Below, one piece after another: positions 23,377-36,220 of a DNA stretch of 64,000 bases. A program made the translations under genes and the position numbers. The notes beneath the pieces are model-generated. The model did not search any database, was not told where the DNA came from, and was given only the letters and a program-made list of their open reading frames with translations. The DNA is from Fistulifera solaris. Taxonomy: Eukaryota. The stretch spans positions 310,001 to 374,000 of the forward strand of contig AP026158.1 of the NCBI GenBank assembly GCA_030295235.1, in the 5' to 3' direction. Numbering within the stretch: position 1 is the first letter of the stretch; every line of letters begins with the position of its first letter.

Positions 23377-23954
23377 ATGGGGCAATCCAGTTCTACGGCG
23401 AACTCTGTCAATCAAGAGAATCTGGTTTCGGGAGTTTCGTTGGACCCCGAACTAGAAGGTGCGTCATCTCCAAAGTTGCTCGTATTTCGCCTAAAGATGC
23501 ATCTATCGTAAACTCACTCTCTATGATAGAAGCAATTGTTCGTGACTTTTCCAATCAATCACTACAGGAAGAATGGGATAAATTCCGTCGTGAAGTCATC
23601 ATTCGTCGTAACGAACGACTGGAGAAGCGGAATGCCGCCCTGCTGGAAGCACAACAACGTCAACAAGCCAATCATGCGGCTATGCAAGAACGATTGACTG
23701 CCCTCCACGAACGCCGAGATCAATTGCTGGCGACCTTCGCCGATGAGTCCGTATCCATTCGTTACGATATTCAGCGATTGGAGGAAACGTATTTGGGAGT
23801 AGCGGAACAAACGCCTCCAGTGGACTATTGTTTGGGAGAACGGGCCCATTGGATCGATTGCTCGAAAAAGTACGGAACCGATATGCGTCCCTGTTCGGAT
23901 TATTTAGCAGCTTTAGAGAGATGTGTGAATCGAACGATTACAGAATCAATCTAG
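23377..23954 (+). CDS. Mic19/CHCHD3-like mitochondrial protein (intron 23459-23529)
   Basis: The spliced start MGQSSS matches the N-myristoylation consensus. Long coiled coil, then C-terminal twin CX9C (CLGERAHWIDC, CSDYLAALERC). Confidence 0.7.
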
Positions 23955-24061
23955 ACGCTATTGAGGAAGGGCACGCAACTGCAACGCGCTTCGTCAGTAC
24001 GTCGTAATACTTATAGTTGAGTCCTTTTTTAACTTTAGCTGAAATCATAAAATGATTCATG

Positions 24062-27000
24062 TCATCTTCGTTCTTTGCCACGAGACCTCATATGACCTCT
24101 TCTTCGTCCACCGTCATCGTTTCCTCGTGACGAAGCTTCCTCTCCCGGCTCCAGCTGAGACCGAGCACGTTTGTTGGAACTATCTTGCTCGGAAGGTGAT
24201 GGAGGTCGACTCCGTTTGGCGCCACTAACGTTAATTCGACTCGAGTCGCCACCCGTACGCGGACGGCGTCCGTCTTCCTCGCGCCTGGGTGCTCGCCCCA
24301 TGGAGGAGTAACTTCCTGCCCCCGCATAGCGCCCGTCACTACGTCCGGTTGAAGGAGCACTGGGTGGAGCACCACGACCTCTCCAATCCTCCCCACGTCG
24401 ATTCTCGTTGCTCTCGTAAGACCTAGCAGTCACCCGACGATCACCAGGACGGCCACGCCATTCGCCAATCTCCTCACTAATCTTTTCGGATTCACGTTTC
24501 ATCTCTTCCATTTGTTCCTCCGCTTTCTTCTGTCGGGCTGCCGCATCAGCCTGTTCCTTCTCTTGGCGAGCCTGGACGGTAGCTGCGTCTTCTTCTTTCC
24601 ATACACCATCATCCCGTGCTTTCACAAGTTGCATGCTGTAGGCTTGTGCGGCCGCGCGAATGTCGGCCAGTGTGTTACTTTCACTTTGCAAAGGCTCCAG
24701 GACCGTCAACAATTTGTTGCCCGTTTTCGGCCGAGTCGGGTATACGTCAATCATGCGCGACAAAACAATTAGGCAGCACCGTTTGTGCATGTATTCTTTC
24801 GATTGTAAGGCACCGATACTGGTTGCGCCGATGGAAGCATGCCATTTGTTGTAAAATTGTTCATAAACATCTGGGGTGACCTCTCTGCTCGATGAGCTTT
24901 GAACGTCATCACCATCTTCCCTGACCACTCGCTTCCGGTACTCCTACCAAAGAAAATTTAGGATCATTTGCCGCAACGAAGCAGCCCGGTTTTCCCGCCA
25001 CTTCACTCGCAAATGCATTGTCATCGTAGCGCAAATTGCTGAGTAATTTCCAAGTATCCCGCAAAAGATAGATACATTCGCCGCTTCGCCTTCTGTCAAA
25101 CCGTACAAAGAGCGCGAAAAAGCAATAATCGCACAGTCATAAAAGGTCAATGTGTTGAATCCAGGAGTGCCCATCTCGTGTAACAGCTGAATGAATCGGG
25201 CGCAATACATGGCATCGTCAGGGCCTTGCATGCATCGCGGATAAATACACCTTGTGAAAAAGGTCGCCATCGCTTCTTTGGATGAAGTGGTCGACGGAAA
25301 AAATGAATCTTTTCTTTGCTCAATTATCTTTCGGATAGAATCAACGTGACTAGCTTGGACCACCATATCTTCCGCAAGATCGGCGCTGGTATTCTTCACA
25401 CGTTCTAGCTCAGTCGCGTCGCTGCTTGCCGTGTTCTTCGCATTCGAAAGACGTTCGACTTCTCGGTCCAATCGAGAAATTTCTGAGTTATAGACGTCTT
25501 CAGGGCAAAATAAATCGTACAACGAATGCGAGAAAAATGTTTCAAAAAGCATCGAAGATATGTGAGACCACGTTTCCGGCGGTAACATTCCTTCGAGCGA
25601 CTTGCGACTCTCATCGGAAGATATAAAAGGCAAGAGATTATCCTTGATGGAAATATGTTTTCTACCAAGTTCCATGCGCTCTGCAGCCTGCAACAAGGGC
25701 CGACAAAGCATCCAAGCCGACGCCATGTCCATCATGTAAGTGTTGTGGAGCTCTGTCAGTGAGGGGAGCGATCGAGCATAGTGCGAAATAGCTGCGTCTT
25801 TGTCGTCCGTGGGATTTGTCAGGAAATCAAGCAGAATAGCTATTGTCACCTGACATGTGTCATACAAGTTTCCAATCAATTTAACAGGCTTGGGTCTATC
25901 ACTGTCTCCATACACGATCTGGTTTCGCACCTGCGACAACAGAATAAGAAGAATAACACCCATATCCTGTTCTTGCAAAATGTTCCGGACTTGTTGTGAT
26001 GATCGGAAGTTAAACGCCCCACTAACATGAACACCAAAGGACATGGTCTCACGCTTCAGCAAAGTGGAACCGGCCCTGCCTTCTACTTGCGTCGTTGAGA
26101 GACTTGCGGCAGGAGCATAATCGGCAAACGACCATCCACCTGACGTCTTCAAAAGAGTCCTTAGCACCCCTAGTTCCATTACGTGCCCCTCTTTCAACCT
26201 ATGCATCAGATAACCGAAAATTCCTCGACATTCGATAGCCGGAAAGCGTTTATAAAATTCTCCCGTAAAAGACTCAAGGGACTGTAACCACTGAGATACA
26301 TTGACACCATCTTCTTTCAGGCGACTCCTATTCACATCCAACCCTCCACCCGAGCTCCCCGAGAGCCTGCTCAAGATGCAGAAACCCAAAACATCCAGTG
26401 AAAGAGGAGCAACATACATCAGTGCATCCACCATTACACCGACTAGATTGTCGTAGGATTCAATCTGATTCAATATGGTAGTGAAGACCACCAAAGGTTG
26501 GCTGAAACAAACTTGCGCAATGGATCGACTAATATCACGGTAGGTGTCCTTCGAGAGCCGCTTGAGAGAATATCGAGCGGATTTACCGGCTTCCAACTCA
26601 CCACGAATCAGCCAAATAGGCTTCGTGTTGTGTTCTCTCAAGGCTGCTTTCTCCAATCCCTTTCCTCTCCAAGCTGCGTATAGTTTATACCTACGACGAT
26701 AGGGTATTTCTTGCAACACGCCCCACAGATCATGCGAGATGGCCGGGTTGGAGGGAAACAAACTCAAACTGGGCAACAGGAACGTTTGCAGAAAGCGATC
26801 CAAAATCTCACTGTCGTGCTCCTTCTTGTTTTCGCGAAGACACAATGCCAGAATCCGACACAGTTGGCTATACAAGATCGGGTCATATTGAACACAACCC
26901 GATTCGGCGATGCGAAATAGCGGTTTCATGACATGACCGAGTACATCGTCGATTGTCGATCCAGCGGAGTCATCACTGGCTTGCTCTGGGTTCCACGGAG

Positions 27001-28079
27001 GCAAAATCCGTTTGGACGCTTGAATCCACCAATCTTGCTTTTCGCAATGCGGCACAAGCCGCTACACCCAGATCGTTGGGAAAGAGAGTGAACAACTGAG
27101 ACCACTGATGATCTTCCAACAAAAACCAACTTTCTTCGTGATCCATGATATACGGTAGCCATTGCACCGCCAGTTCCTTCGCCAATTTCGAAAGATCAAC
27201 TCCATTATTTTGCTTTTCTGCCGTAGACCCACCGGACAAACTCACTTTACTCAATGCCTTGAGTTCGTCCACATCCTGCTGATATTTCATTTGATACAAT
27301 TCGTTTAGTGCCTCGTCTTGTTCGGGACCCCACAAATACGACCACATTTGTTCCATCGGTAGAAGTTTCTTTGCATGAATGGGAATCGATTGCTGCGTCA
27401 ACCACGCCATACATTTCAATAAAGCCGGTTGATGGGGACTTTCTTGCAATTGAAAATACAGCAAGGGCGCCAACTTGTTGGTCGGAGCCGCATCGAACAG
27501 TACAGGCAACAGTTCGTCGCGGCGTTCTTCACTAACCGAAATGATGTGCAAACACAAATCCAAACACCGATTGGGATCCAAATGAAAGGTGGCCATGATG
27601 GTACGACTGGCCTCGACGTTTGGGCAAGTCGAAGTGAGTAACGCTAGATATTTGGCGTATCCTTCCGATTCTTCCGCCAATAGGTTGTATTTCTGTTGCT
27701 TGTAAAAGGTAGAAGTATTGTAGAGACGAATCTTCTTGAAAAAGGCTTCGGTGTTGATATTTGGCGGCAAGAGACCGGCCTGTTCCAGTAACGACGGATC
27801 TAGTGTGGTGAACAAGTAGGAAGATTCCGAGGATAACAATTGAAGACACGCGATCCACAGCGACGAAGAGGGAGAGTCAGACTGCAAAGAAGAAAGCAAC
27901 CATATCACATCCGCGATTGCCAACATCAAAGACTGCTTCGTCGGTTCATGTTGTAAAGCCTCTTGCAACAGATTCAGAATCTCCGACTCACTGGCGGTGC
28001 TTTGCAAACACGCTAATAGAGTGTTATTCCATTGATCGCGATCTTGCTGGAGTAATTCGGACACGGTAGGAAGTGTCAT
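24062..28079 (-). CDS. THOC2: THO complex subunit 2, split by about 3 homopolymer frameshifts (about 27040, 25065, 24920)
   Basis: YKQQKYNLLAEESEGYAK, FHLDPNRCLD, LNQIESYDNL, RLKEDGVNVSQWLQSL, CIYPRC, LQSKEYMH and an Arg-rich charged tail. Confidence 0.92.
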
Positions 28080-28739
28080 TGTATTCTTGCAATGTTGGCG
28101 AATTGTATCCTTTGTAGTGACACAACAATGGCATCGGTAAAACATGCATTGCAATGAAGTGCATCGGATCGCCTGCGGATGGACGGACAGTCGAGTTATT
28201 CATCCATTACGGATAAAGCTCTCTAGCTTTCGGCCCGCTGTACATCATGCATTTTTTGGAAATCAACCACTGTCCCACCTACTGTCAAGCAGATACTGAA
28301 AGCGTTCTGAACATTGTCCGGATGTCCGAACCGAACAAACGAGATCGAAAGTCTTCCGCCTGTTCGTATTCCACAGTTCTGTATGGATAGAAATCGAGAA
28401 AACACGATCCCCGAAGATTCTTTACGAATGGTTTGTTTGAACTTGATGTGATACAAACAAGTACCGGAATTCCGAAAAAGAACATTGAAGTCTGCAAGGT
28501 GTTCGCAGCAGCTCTTGGATCGTATTGTTGGGGGTACTTGTTTGAAGACCCAAAAGGGGGTGTCGTATTCCCGTCCGCTGAACACACGTGTGAACACACA
28601 TCATAATATCATCGCCTGCGAAGGATGAAATGAAATATCACGAGAACGCGTTTCATCTGACGGCCAAAGAAAAGACGAGCTCTCTTTTGAATGAAAAACT
28701 ATTTTATTTCCCACGAAACAAAAGGATTCAAATAGCATC

Positions 28740-29593
28740 ATGATGAAACAATCGATGAATCAAGATGCTAATGGTAAGATGAAAACGAACGTTCGTTTGC
28801 GCGAACGGAAAAAAAGTTAGTTAGTTGATTCTCTCACACATGGCTTATCGCTTTCGTTATGCAGTCATCCGCGGACCCGAATTAGATGGCAAGATCGCCA
28901 ATACGAGTCGCTCGAGAAGCAACGAAACCTTCCCGGAAAAATTGGCCGGAACGATGCGGTCTCCGCACGTCCAAGACGCCATATGGTGGAATCCCGATGG
29001 CACGGTGTTTTGCCTTCTGCCCCGACCTTTCACGAATCAAGTCTTACAGAACATCTTTCAAGGAACCAAGCTAGAGTCTTTTCAACGAAAAATGAAACGA
29101 TGGGGCTTTGAACGGTGTTTCGATACGTCCTTCCCCCCGGGGTGCCTTGGTATATCATCATCCTTACTTTCAACGCGATCGACCGGAATTGATGAAACAC
29201 ATGTCGGCGGGCATGAAAAAATCGACGACAGTTGTAAAAGGGAAAGAAGAGTCGCAGATATTACAAACGTCGCTACCTCCTACGATCGAAGGGAATTTTT
29301 ACACACAGCCAGTACCGCAACAGCTTTTAGCAACAGAACGACTCCGATCTTCAATTCAGGCTCCCTCGACCGTTCGTGAATTATGCCATCTCCGGGTCGT
29401 TCCAGACAATCGTTTGGATCCGTTGCTGTTGCATTACTTGGCGACGACAAATCGATCGAATCCAGCCTTGGCTCCTCCTCCTCCTCCTCCATTGATGCTC
29501 AACACAACGCCCGTCGTAGATCTCAGTAACATTTCTACGCTTCGATTGTTGCAATTACGAGAATTATTGTCGAGAAATTCCAGTCCATCATAA
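28740..29593 (+). CDS. HSF-type DNA-binding transcription factor (intron 28774-28864; frameshift about 29133-29142)
   Basis: TFPEKL..AIWWNPDGTVF..FQGTKLESFQRKMKRWGF, continuing in the other frame as YHHPYFQRDRPELM. Confidence 0.88.
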
Positions 29594-29997
29594 TGGATAG
29601 GTTTTGGAAAGCTAATAGAACGCATGAAAAATACCAGGTACTGGGGGACACGGGTACGCACCTCTGCTTGGTACATTTCTCCACGGGGGCCTACGCGAAA
29701 GTACACAATTTCCCGCACCGTCCTGAAGTTGTTTGGCTTAGCTCAAAGATAACGTTCAAAAACGGTCATATACCATAATAAAGTTGCGCTGGACATACTA
29801 TCCCATAATGCAAAATGTGTTAAGAATTCGTACCGGGTTTAACCGACGACGACCGACCACTTTTATTCATTCGCATGGATGAAGACATTAAATAATGACA
29901 TTTGTCTTTATTGTTTGTCATGCAACAAAAGCTCTCTACAGTCGCCTCTCTTGTAGTAAACAACAGCAAAAACAAAAAACACGCAGCACAACAACAG

Positions 29998-30990
29998 ATG
30001 GTCTCATCGTGGAACAGATTGAAACATAACAACATACGGAAGCATCCTTCAATTTTGCTCATGATTGTTATCTGGGCCTCTTTTTGTCATTCGTTTTCTC
30101 GTGCTTTTTCCCGAGGTAATTTGACTACGCCATCGATATTGCACAAAATGTTCAATCGTAGTATCCATTCACCATTCGCTACCGATACCGTGAATTCTTT
30201 CGAAACCTTCGCCTCTCCAAATTTGCAATTCATTTATCGCACAGAGCCCGTAACGTCCACGCAGGATGAAATGCGCACCATCCTCCAAAACAAAGACGAA
30301 CACACCTGTGTCGCTTTAGTGGCAACGACCCAAACGGAAGGTCGAGGAACGCAAGGGAGAGTTTGGAAGGCGGCTTCGGGAAATTTGTATTTGACCGTCG
30401 CTCTGCCGCAAGTGCCGGTTTCTCTGACGTTGTTACCCCTCCATGTTGGCATTGTCGTGGCGCAACGCGTCCAGGCCATACTAAAAGCGTGTCATTCCTC
30501 CGAACCCAAAGTCACCGTCAAATGGCCGAACGATGTTTTGATCCATGATGCTAAAGTATCAGGATGTTTGATTGAACACTTTACGAATGAACGAAATTTG
30601 AGTTGGTTCTTGGTGGGAATCGGCGTCAATGTCGCCGAAACTCCGCCCTTACAGGGTCTGCCCGGATCGCACAAACGACTTCCCACCAGTCTGCACGAGT
30701 GGTGTCCGGAAGCATCGGCCATGGCTTCCGCGTTGGGATTGGATATTGCCAATGCCTTGGCGGATTGGTCACACGCGAACAAGAACGACGGACAACAGAT
30801 TGTCCAGGAATGGAGAACATGGGCGGAATTTGGGAAAACGTACGAGTTACGAGGGAGTGTGGTGGATGAAGAGCAAGGAGGCTTTGAAGGAGAAGTAGTC
30901 GTCACCGTCGATATTGAAGCCGACGGACAGTTACGAGTTCGTGATCAACAGGGCCGAGAACGCTTACTCGTGGCCGACTACTTGGTATAA
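29998..30990 (+). CDS. Biotin-protein ligase (BirA/BPL catalytic domain), probably organelle-targeted
   Basis: STQD, QTEGRGTQGRVW, GNLYLT, KWPNDV, KVSGCL, GIGVNV. Start is ATG 29998 or 30061 (signal-like peptide ending SRAF). Confidence 0.92.
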   Translation: MVSSWNRLKHNNIRKHPSILLMIVIWASFCHSFSRAFSRGNLTTPSILHKMFNRSIHSPFATDTVNSFETFASPNLQFIYRTEPVTSTQDEMRTILQNKDEHTCVALVATTQTEGRGTQGRVWKAASGNLYLTVALPQVPVSLTLLPLHVGIVVAQRVQAILKACHSSEPKVTVKWPNDVLIHDAKVSGCLIEHFTNERNLSWFLVGIGVNVAETPPLQGLPGSHKRLPTSLHEWCPEASAMASALGLDIANALADWSHANKNDGQQIVQEWRTWAEFGKTYELRGSVVDEEQGGFEGEVVVTVDIEADGQLRVRDQQGRERLLVADYLV

Positions 30991-31147
30991 CACTTCTATC
31001 ATGGTGAAGAATGTAGAGCGCTGGTTTGTGAGCGACTATCTATTTCTCGGGAATATGAGACTTCTATCAAGGAATGTATCAATGTAAAATTAGACGGTTG
31101 TTTATGCTTTGTATATCTGGGATAAAAAATGAATTAAAATGTTGCTT

Positions 31148-32543
31148 TCAAGAGCCTTGACGACGCTGGAGTCGTCGGAGATAAAGTTCGAGCAGGGAGG
31201 CTTCTTCATCGAGCGGTCCTTGCAAAGACACAAGTGGAGGCATCAAACCCAAGGCCAGGTGATTTTGCTGTGCTAGTAGTTGAAGACGAGATTCATCCTG
31301 ACGAATTTGCTGTGCGCGGAGGAGTACTTGTAACTCTTCGTCACTCATTCTTCCTGTCAGGCCCATTACAGAGGGCCCTTCCAAGGTAGCGGCTAGTGCT
31401 GCCCTTTGGAGTGTACTTTCGTCCGCAAAATGTTGTCCCTGGAGTGACATGGCTAATCGACTTTGTGAGCTCGCTGGCAATCGTTGGTTAGCTAGTAGTC
31501 GCACCACCGATTGGTGGTCCAACTCGTTGGAAAGGACGCTGGCAAACTGAGATGTGCCACCCAAACCGATGAACGGTCCCACGACAGATCGTCTCGCTTG
31601 TTCAAGGGTTACGGAACTCAACGGCGCAGTGTCGGGAAGTATTCTACCTTGTGGATGCAACAAAAGTGGAGGTACGCCCGGATGGGATTCGACGTTACGT
31701 TCGCTGTCACCAAGGTGAGTTCCAACTGAAAAGCCGAAGGTGGTTTCGGAATTCGATTGGCTAGAGGCAACCCGATCGCTGGCCGTCACTGATTTCGAAT
31801 CGGGTGTATTGCTTAACGATGATTCTTTGGTCTCTGATAGCATCTTCATTTTCAACTCCTTCTTCGCTTGCTTTTTTACTGAGACTTCTTTCTTTTGTTG
31901 GATACCAGGGTTCGAACAAGTTCCGGTTTGTCTTTACGGAACAGCTGATGACGATAGACGATGGCTTCTGGCGCAAACGACTCGTTCAAACAGCGGGAAA
32001 ATTGCCATCTGGAAAGCTTGCGCTGGAAACTTTCTAGCTTGGTTCCTTGGAACTCTGTTTTCAACACGGACTGAACGAAAGGACGGGGAATCAACCCAAA
32101 ACATTTCCCGTCCACTGACCATCGGATAGCATTTTTGAAATCGCCCGAATTAATGACTGCGAACAGTCGCTCGGGGAAGCTGTTGCCGTGTAGAATGATT
32201 TCCGTAGCGCTTTCCCTGGTATCGCCACCTTCACTGGTATCGATTAAAGAAGAATGGTCGCTGGTACCAATGTCGGTCAATTGCATGGACGCCGCATCAT
32301 CTCGCGAAAGCTTGTTGCTTCCCTTGGCTTTTTTATGAGCACCACCGTCGATGGACTCATTTATTTCTGGCTCTCGTTTTCGGTCCGACAAAGCTTCTGC
32401 TTTGGATTAAAACAAATTTAATCGTTGTAAGTTTCAAGATCATTTTCGCTAAACAAAGACGCTGCTAACAACCACTCACCTTCATCGTTCTTTTGGTTGA
32501 TTTGGTCGTTAGATTGCTCCGGCTGAAGGTGACTTCCCATCAT
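31148..32543 (-). CDS. HSF-type transcription factor (short first exon with GTGAGT donor about 32478; frameshift about 31874-31891)
   Basis: SFPERL..AIRWSVDGKCF..FQGTKLESFQRKLSRWQF..YRHQLFRKDKPEL. Leu/Gln-rich C-terminal ORF 31148-31855. Confidence 0.85.
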
Positions 32544-34286
32544 TGCCGATTTGTTGCATGCGTGTGTCTGGGTTGAAGGTTGTTGGCTTTTATGATCACG
32601 AGCATTCGAAAGCATCCATGAAAGATGAAAGAGTTGTTTTAGACAAGCTCTTTTCTATTTTTGAGGAAATGAAAAGCAATGTCGAACAAGATCCTTCAGT
32701 CGCTCACCATTTCTCTTATTCCTTCTGATGACAAAAGAAAAGCAAGAAAAAACTGAGTAAAAAATAAAAAGAAAGCTGCATACAACATAATGCTATAATC
32801 TACATCTTACATCTTGCAAGAAGTCTGCATGCAGTTTCTTCCGTTCCTTCGCCTTGGTTTACTGCAGAGTAAATTGTACCAAGGTTCCATTTGAGACAAT
32901 AGACAAGGAACGACGTTCCATGACCGTTGTCGGCGGCGCCTATTTTCCCACAAAGGACAATAGAGGACACTACTGCACCTGGTAGGTTCGAATGTAGACG
33001 TTAGAGAAACATGAATGGATTAAAAAGCTTTTTTGTTCGAACTTGATGATAGAGCAGAACCCAAAACTCTCTGATAAAGTCATAAGATCTTTAATGTAAG
33101 GCCGACAAAGGACTTGACTATAATAATATAATGTACCTTCTTTCTGAGTTTGTTGTAATAAGAAATCTCCACACTATGTACTAATTTCTAATTTATTACA
33201 TTTGCCCACGTCCCTTAACGGTCATCGGATTTAACATCATCTCATTGCACTCACACACGGACGAACCCTGGCTCGTTGACGATTGACGACTCGTTGCTCG
33301 AAGCGCAACTTCGTACCAAGCACTTGATGAAAGCCGTATTTTCCCTGCGGGTCAAAGAGTCGTCGAATTCAATGGGACATCGTTCCATTCCCTCTCCTTT
33401 GGCGATCCCGCAAGCTTTCACCGAATACTAAATATGCAACGTTTGCAACGCTCTCCACGCTATGGGACCAAGGTTCAAGGTGAAAATTAGTCTGAGAGTT
33501 TGAAAATCTTCGACTTCTGCATTCACTAATCCTTTTATCGTTATTGTCCTCGGTCGCATTTTGATTTCGTGAGAGTATTTACGATATAAGCTGTGTTCAC
33601 GACTGACTCTACCTTGTACATCCAGCTTCCAGCTGGTCTTTTGTCACTGTTCGTCGTGTTTGTCTCTCGTATTACGTAATACGCACTCGTTTTAAACGGG
33701 TGTGACAGGTTACAGAACATTGTGAAAAGCAAAACAAGGTATAAGCGCTACGTAGCTACGTAGTAATAAGACCTGTGATCTGTCGTGCACACTTTTCAAC
33801 GTTGTATCAACTGAGGAGAATGAAACATGACTCCTTAACTTTAAGGCAAAAAGCAAAAAGTGCTGGGCAATAAAACATGCACGACTCAATCTACCGGTAC
33901 AGTCCGTGCCACGCTATGCGAGCCCACTTGCTTTCCCATTATTTCTTTCAAGCACTTCCCGAAAAAAAAACGGTTCGCTTTTATTCACCTTTCGTCATGA
34001 CTCAATCGACAATCGACTCCTCAATTTAAACCATTCCGACTTCCGACAGGTCTTACCGTGACTCTCAACTACCGTTACCTCAACGCTTGGACCAGGTACC
34101 GGTACCAAACCCGAACGGAGGATTTCGAACAAAGGCCTTTTGCGTGGTGGAAGGTTGCAACAGTCGTGATTTTTGTGACTACTATGAAAAAATGGATAGT
34201 ACGCTTGTTTTTAAATAAATCAAGTAGTAAAGGATATCGTCCATGCCGTAACTAGACATTTAAATTACTAAAACTAACATCCTACA

Positions 34287-36085
34287 ATGTGGAATCAAAT
34301 ACGAATGAAGACGCGGCATGCGGCGGTCCTTTCTCGTCGTCGAAACAGCCGAAGTGTTCTCACAGCCCCTTTCGCGTCGCGCACCCACGAGGACAATCCC
34401 TCATCCTATTTCATGGCCGTGGCTACCGCCTGTTCGGCAGGAATCTTTCTTACGAGTCAGACATCGAAATGTGACAGCAAGAAGAGCGTAGCGCAAAAGG
34501 ATAATCAAAATAGTATAACAGTCTCTCAGGTAGCAAAAGAAGACCTCGACGAACTCGATTCTTCCATTGACTTTGATCATTTGCCGATTTATACTTCTGA
34601 GGACGTGGCCAAAAACAACGGTGAGGACGGACGACCGATATGGATGTCGTACGGAGGAATCGTGTACGACGTTACCGAATTTGTGGCAAATCATCCGGGA
34701 GGTAGTGAAAAAATCATGACGGCCGCGGGGTCCGCCGTCGAACCATTCTGGTACTTGTACCGCCAACACTATGCGTCCGACTTGCCCATGCGCTTGATGG
34801 AGCATCTAGTCATTGGAAAATTAGACGACAAAGATCAAGAACTGATTGATGAGCAAGTGGCCGAATTGGAAAAGGAGGATCCTTACGCTCGTGAGCCTCG
34901 GCGTCATGCCGATCTCCGCATTCATTCGGACACTCCCATGAATGCCGAAACCCCGGCCAAGTGGCTGAATGAACACTATTTGACACCCAACGCTCTCTTC
35001 TATATACGCCATCATCATCCCGTCCCCATCTTGACGGAAGCGCAACTTCATGATTTCCGTCTCAAACTGGACATGAGGGAATGCAAAGGTGATGAGAATG
35101 TTAAGCCACTATCCCTGTCACTGGACGAACTAAAAGCAATGCCTTCAACAACTGTCACAGTCACGTTACAATGTAGTGGGAATCGCCGCAGTGGATTCAA
35201 TGAACATCAACGTACATCGGGGACAGCATGGGGACAAGGTGCTATCTCTACGGCGACGTTCAAAGGGGTTCGATTGGCCGATCTTTTGGAACGAGCGGGT
35301 CTCGGAAACCCAATCGAGGCAGAAAAGAATGGAATGAAGCATGTTGTGTTTGAAAGTTTGGATGGAATGATGGCCAGTATTGGCATTGAAAAAGCTTGCA
35401 ATCCATTCGGCGATGTCATTGTGGCGTACGAAATGAACGGCGAGCCTCTTCCCCGTGATCACGGCTTCCCACTACGCGTGATTGTGCCTGGTTATGCGGC
35501 TGTCCGCAATGTGAAGTGGGTTAATAATATATCGGTTTCACGAGAAGAAGCACAGGGCCCTTGGCAGAGAGGCCTGAACTACAAGACGTTGCCCCCAGGT
35601 GTGACTGACGCATCCAAAGTCAACTTGGATCAGATGCCTAGCATGACCGAGGTGTCACTTTTTCGGGTATAACTTCAATAGGACCGCTGAGAATCCCGAA
35701 AGATGTGAAAGAGGGAGATACGGTTCACTGCGCAGTCAAAGGGTGGTCGTGGGCGGGTGGCGGCCGTAACATTGTGCGAGTGGACGTAACGGGTGATGGT
35801 GGCGAAACGTGGTCGACGGCCGAACTCCTCGAGGGATCTCAACAGCCTTTTGGTCGAGCTTGGGCGTGGACATTTTGGAAGTGTAAAGATGTTCCTGCAA
35901 TTGTGGTGAAAGATAAAGAGTCGGGGAAGTTGAAAGCTCAAATAGCGAGTAAGGCGGTCGATTTGGCATTTAATGTCCAGCCGGAATCGTGTAAGCATAC
36001 TTGGAACGTCAGAGGATTAGGGAATAACAGCTGGTATTGGGTTGACGTCCCTATTGACTCGCGAAAAAAGAGCTACTCCAATTAA
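34287..36085 (+). CDS. SUOX: Sulfite oxidase (cytochrome b5 + Moco + dimerisation domains); frameshift 35659-35663
   Basis: YDVTEFVANHPGG (b5), PMNAETP, TLQCSGNRR, DHGFPLRVIVPG..VKW, then GWSWAGGGRNIVRVDV and WNVRGLGNNSW. Basic mitochondrial-type presequence. Confidence 0.93.
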
Positions 36086-36220
36086 AACAACAGTGGTTGA
36101 CGTTTGGAATTTGATGAGATTGACAATTGACTTATTAGTTTAATCCTTTGTTTGCAGATTGGTATCGAAATTGAATAATTTCTTTGCAGCAAAACGTAAA
36201 TATAATGTACAGCGTTTCAA

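Noticed and set aside
24062..28079. THOC2, SSRP1 and sulfite oxidase as pseudogenes or programmed-frameshift genes
   Set aside because: Breaks fall at heterogeneous homopolymers with no common slippery motif and no other decay; assembly error is the simpler explanation.
32975..33000. GGTTCGAAT as a tRNA T-loop
   Set aside because: Flanks do not pair into a T-stem and no cloverleaf can be formed.
33250..33490. Short protein-like reading frame in the long intergenic region
   Set aside because: No start codon context or recognisable motif.
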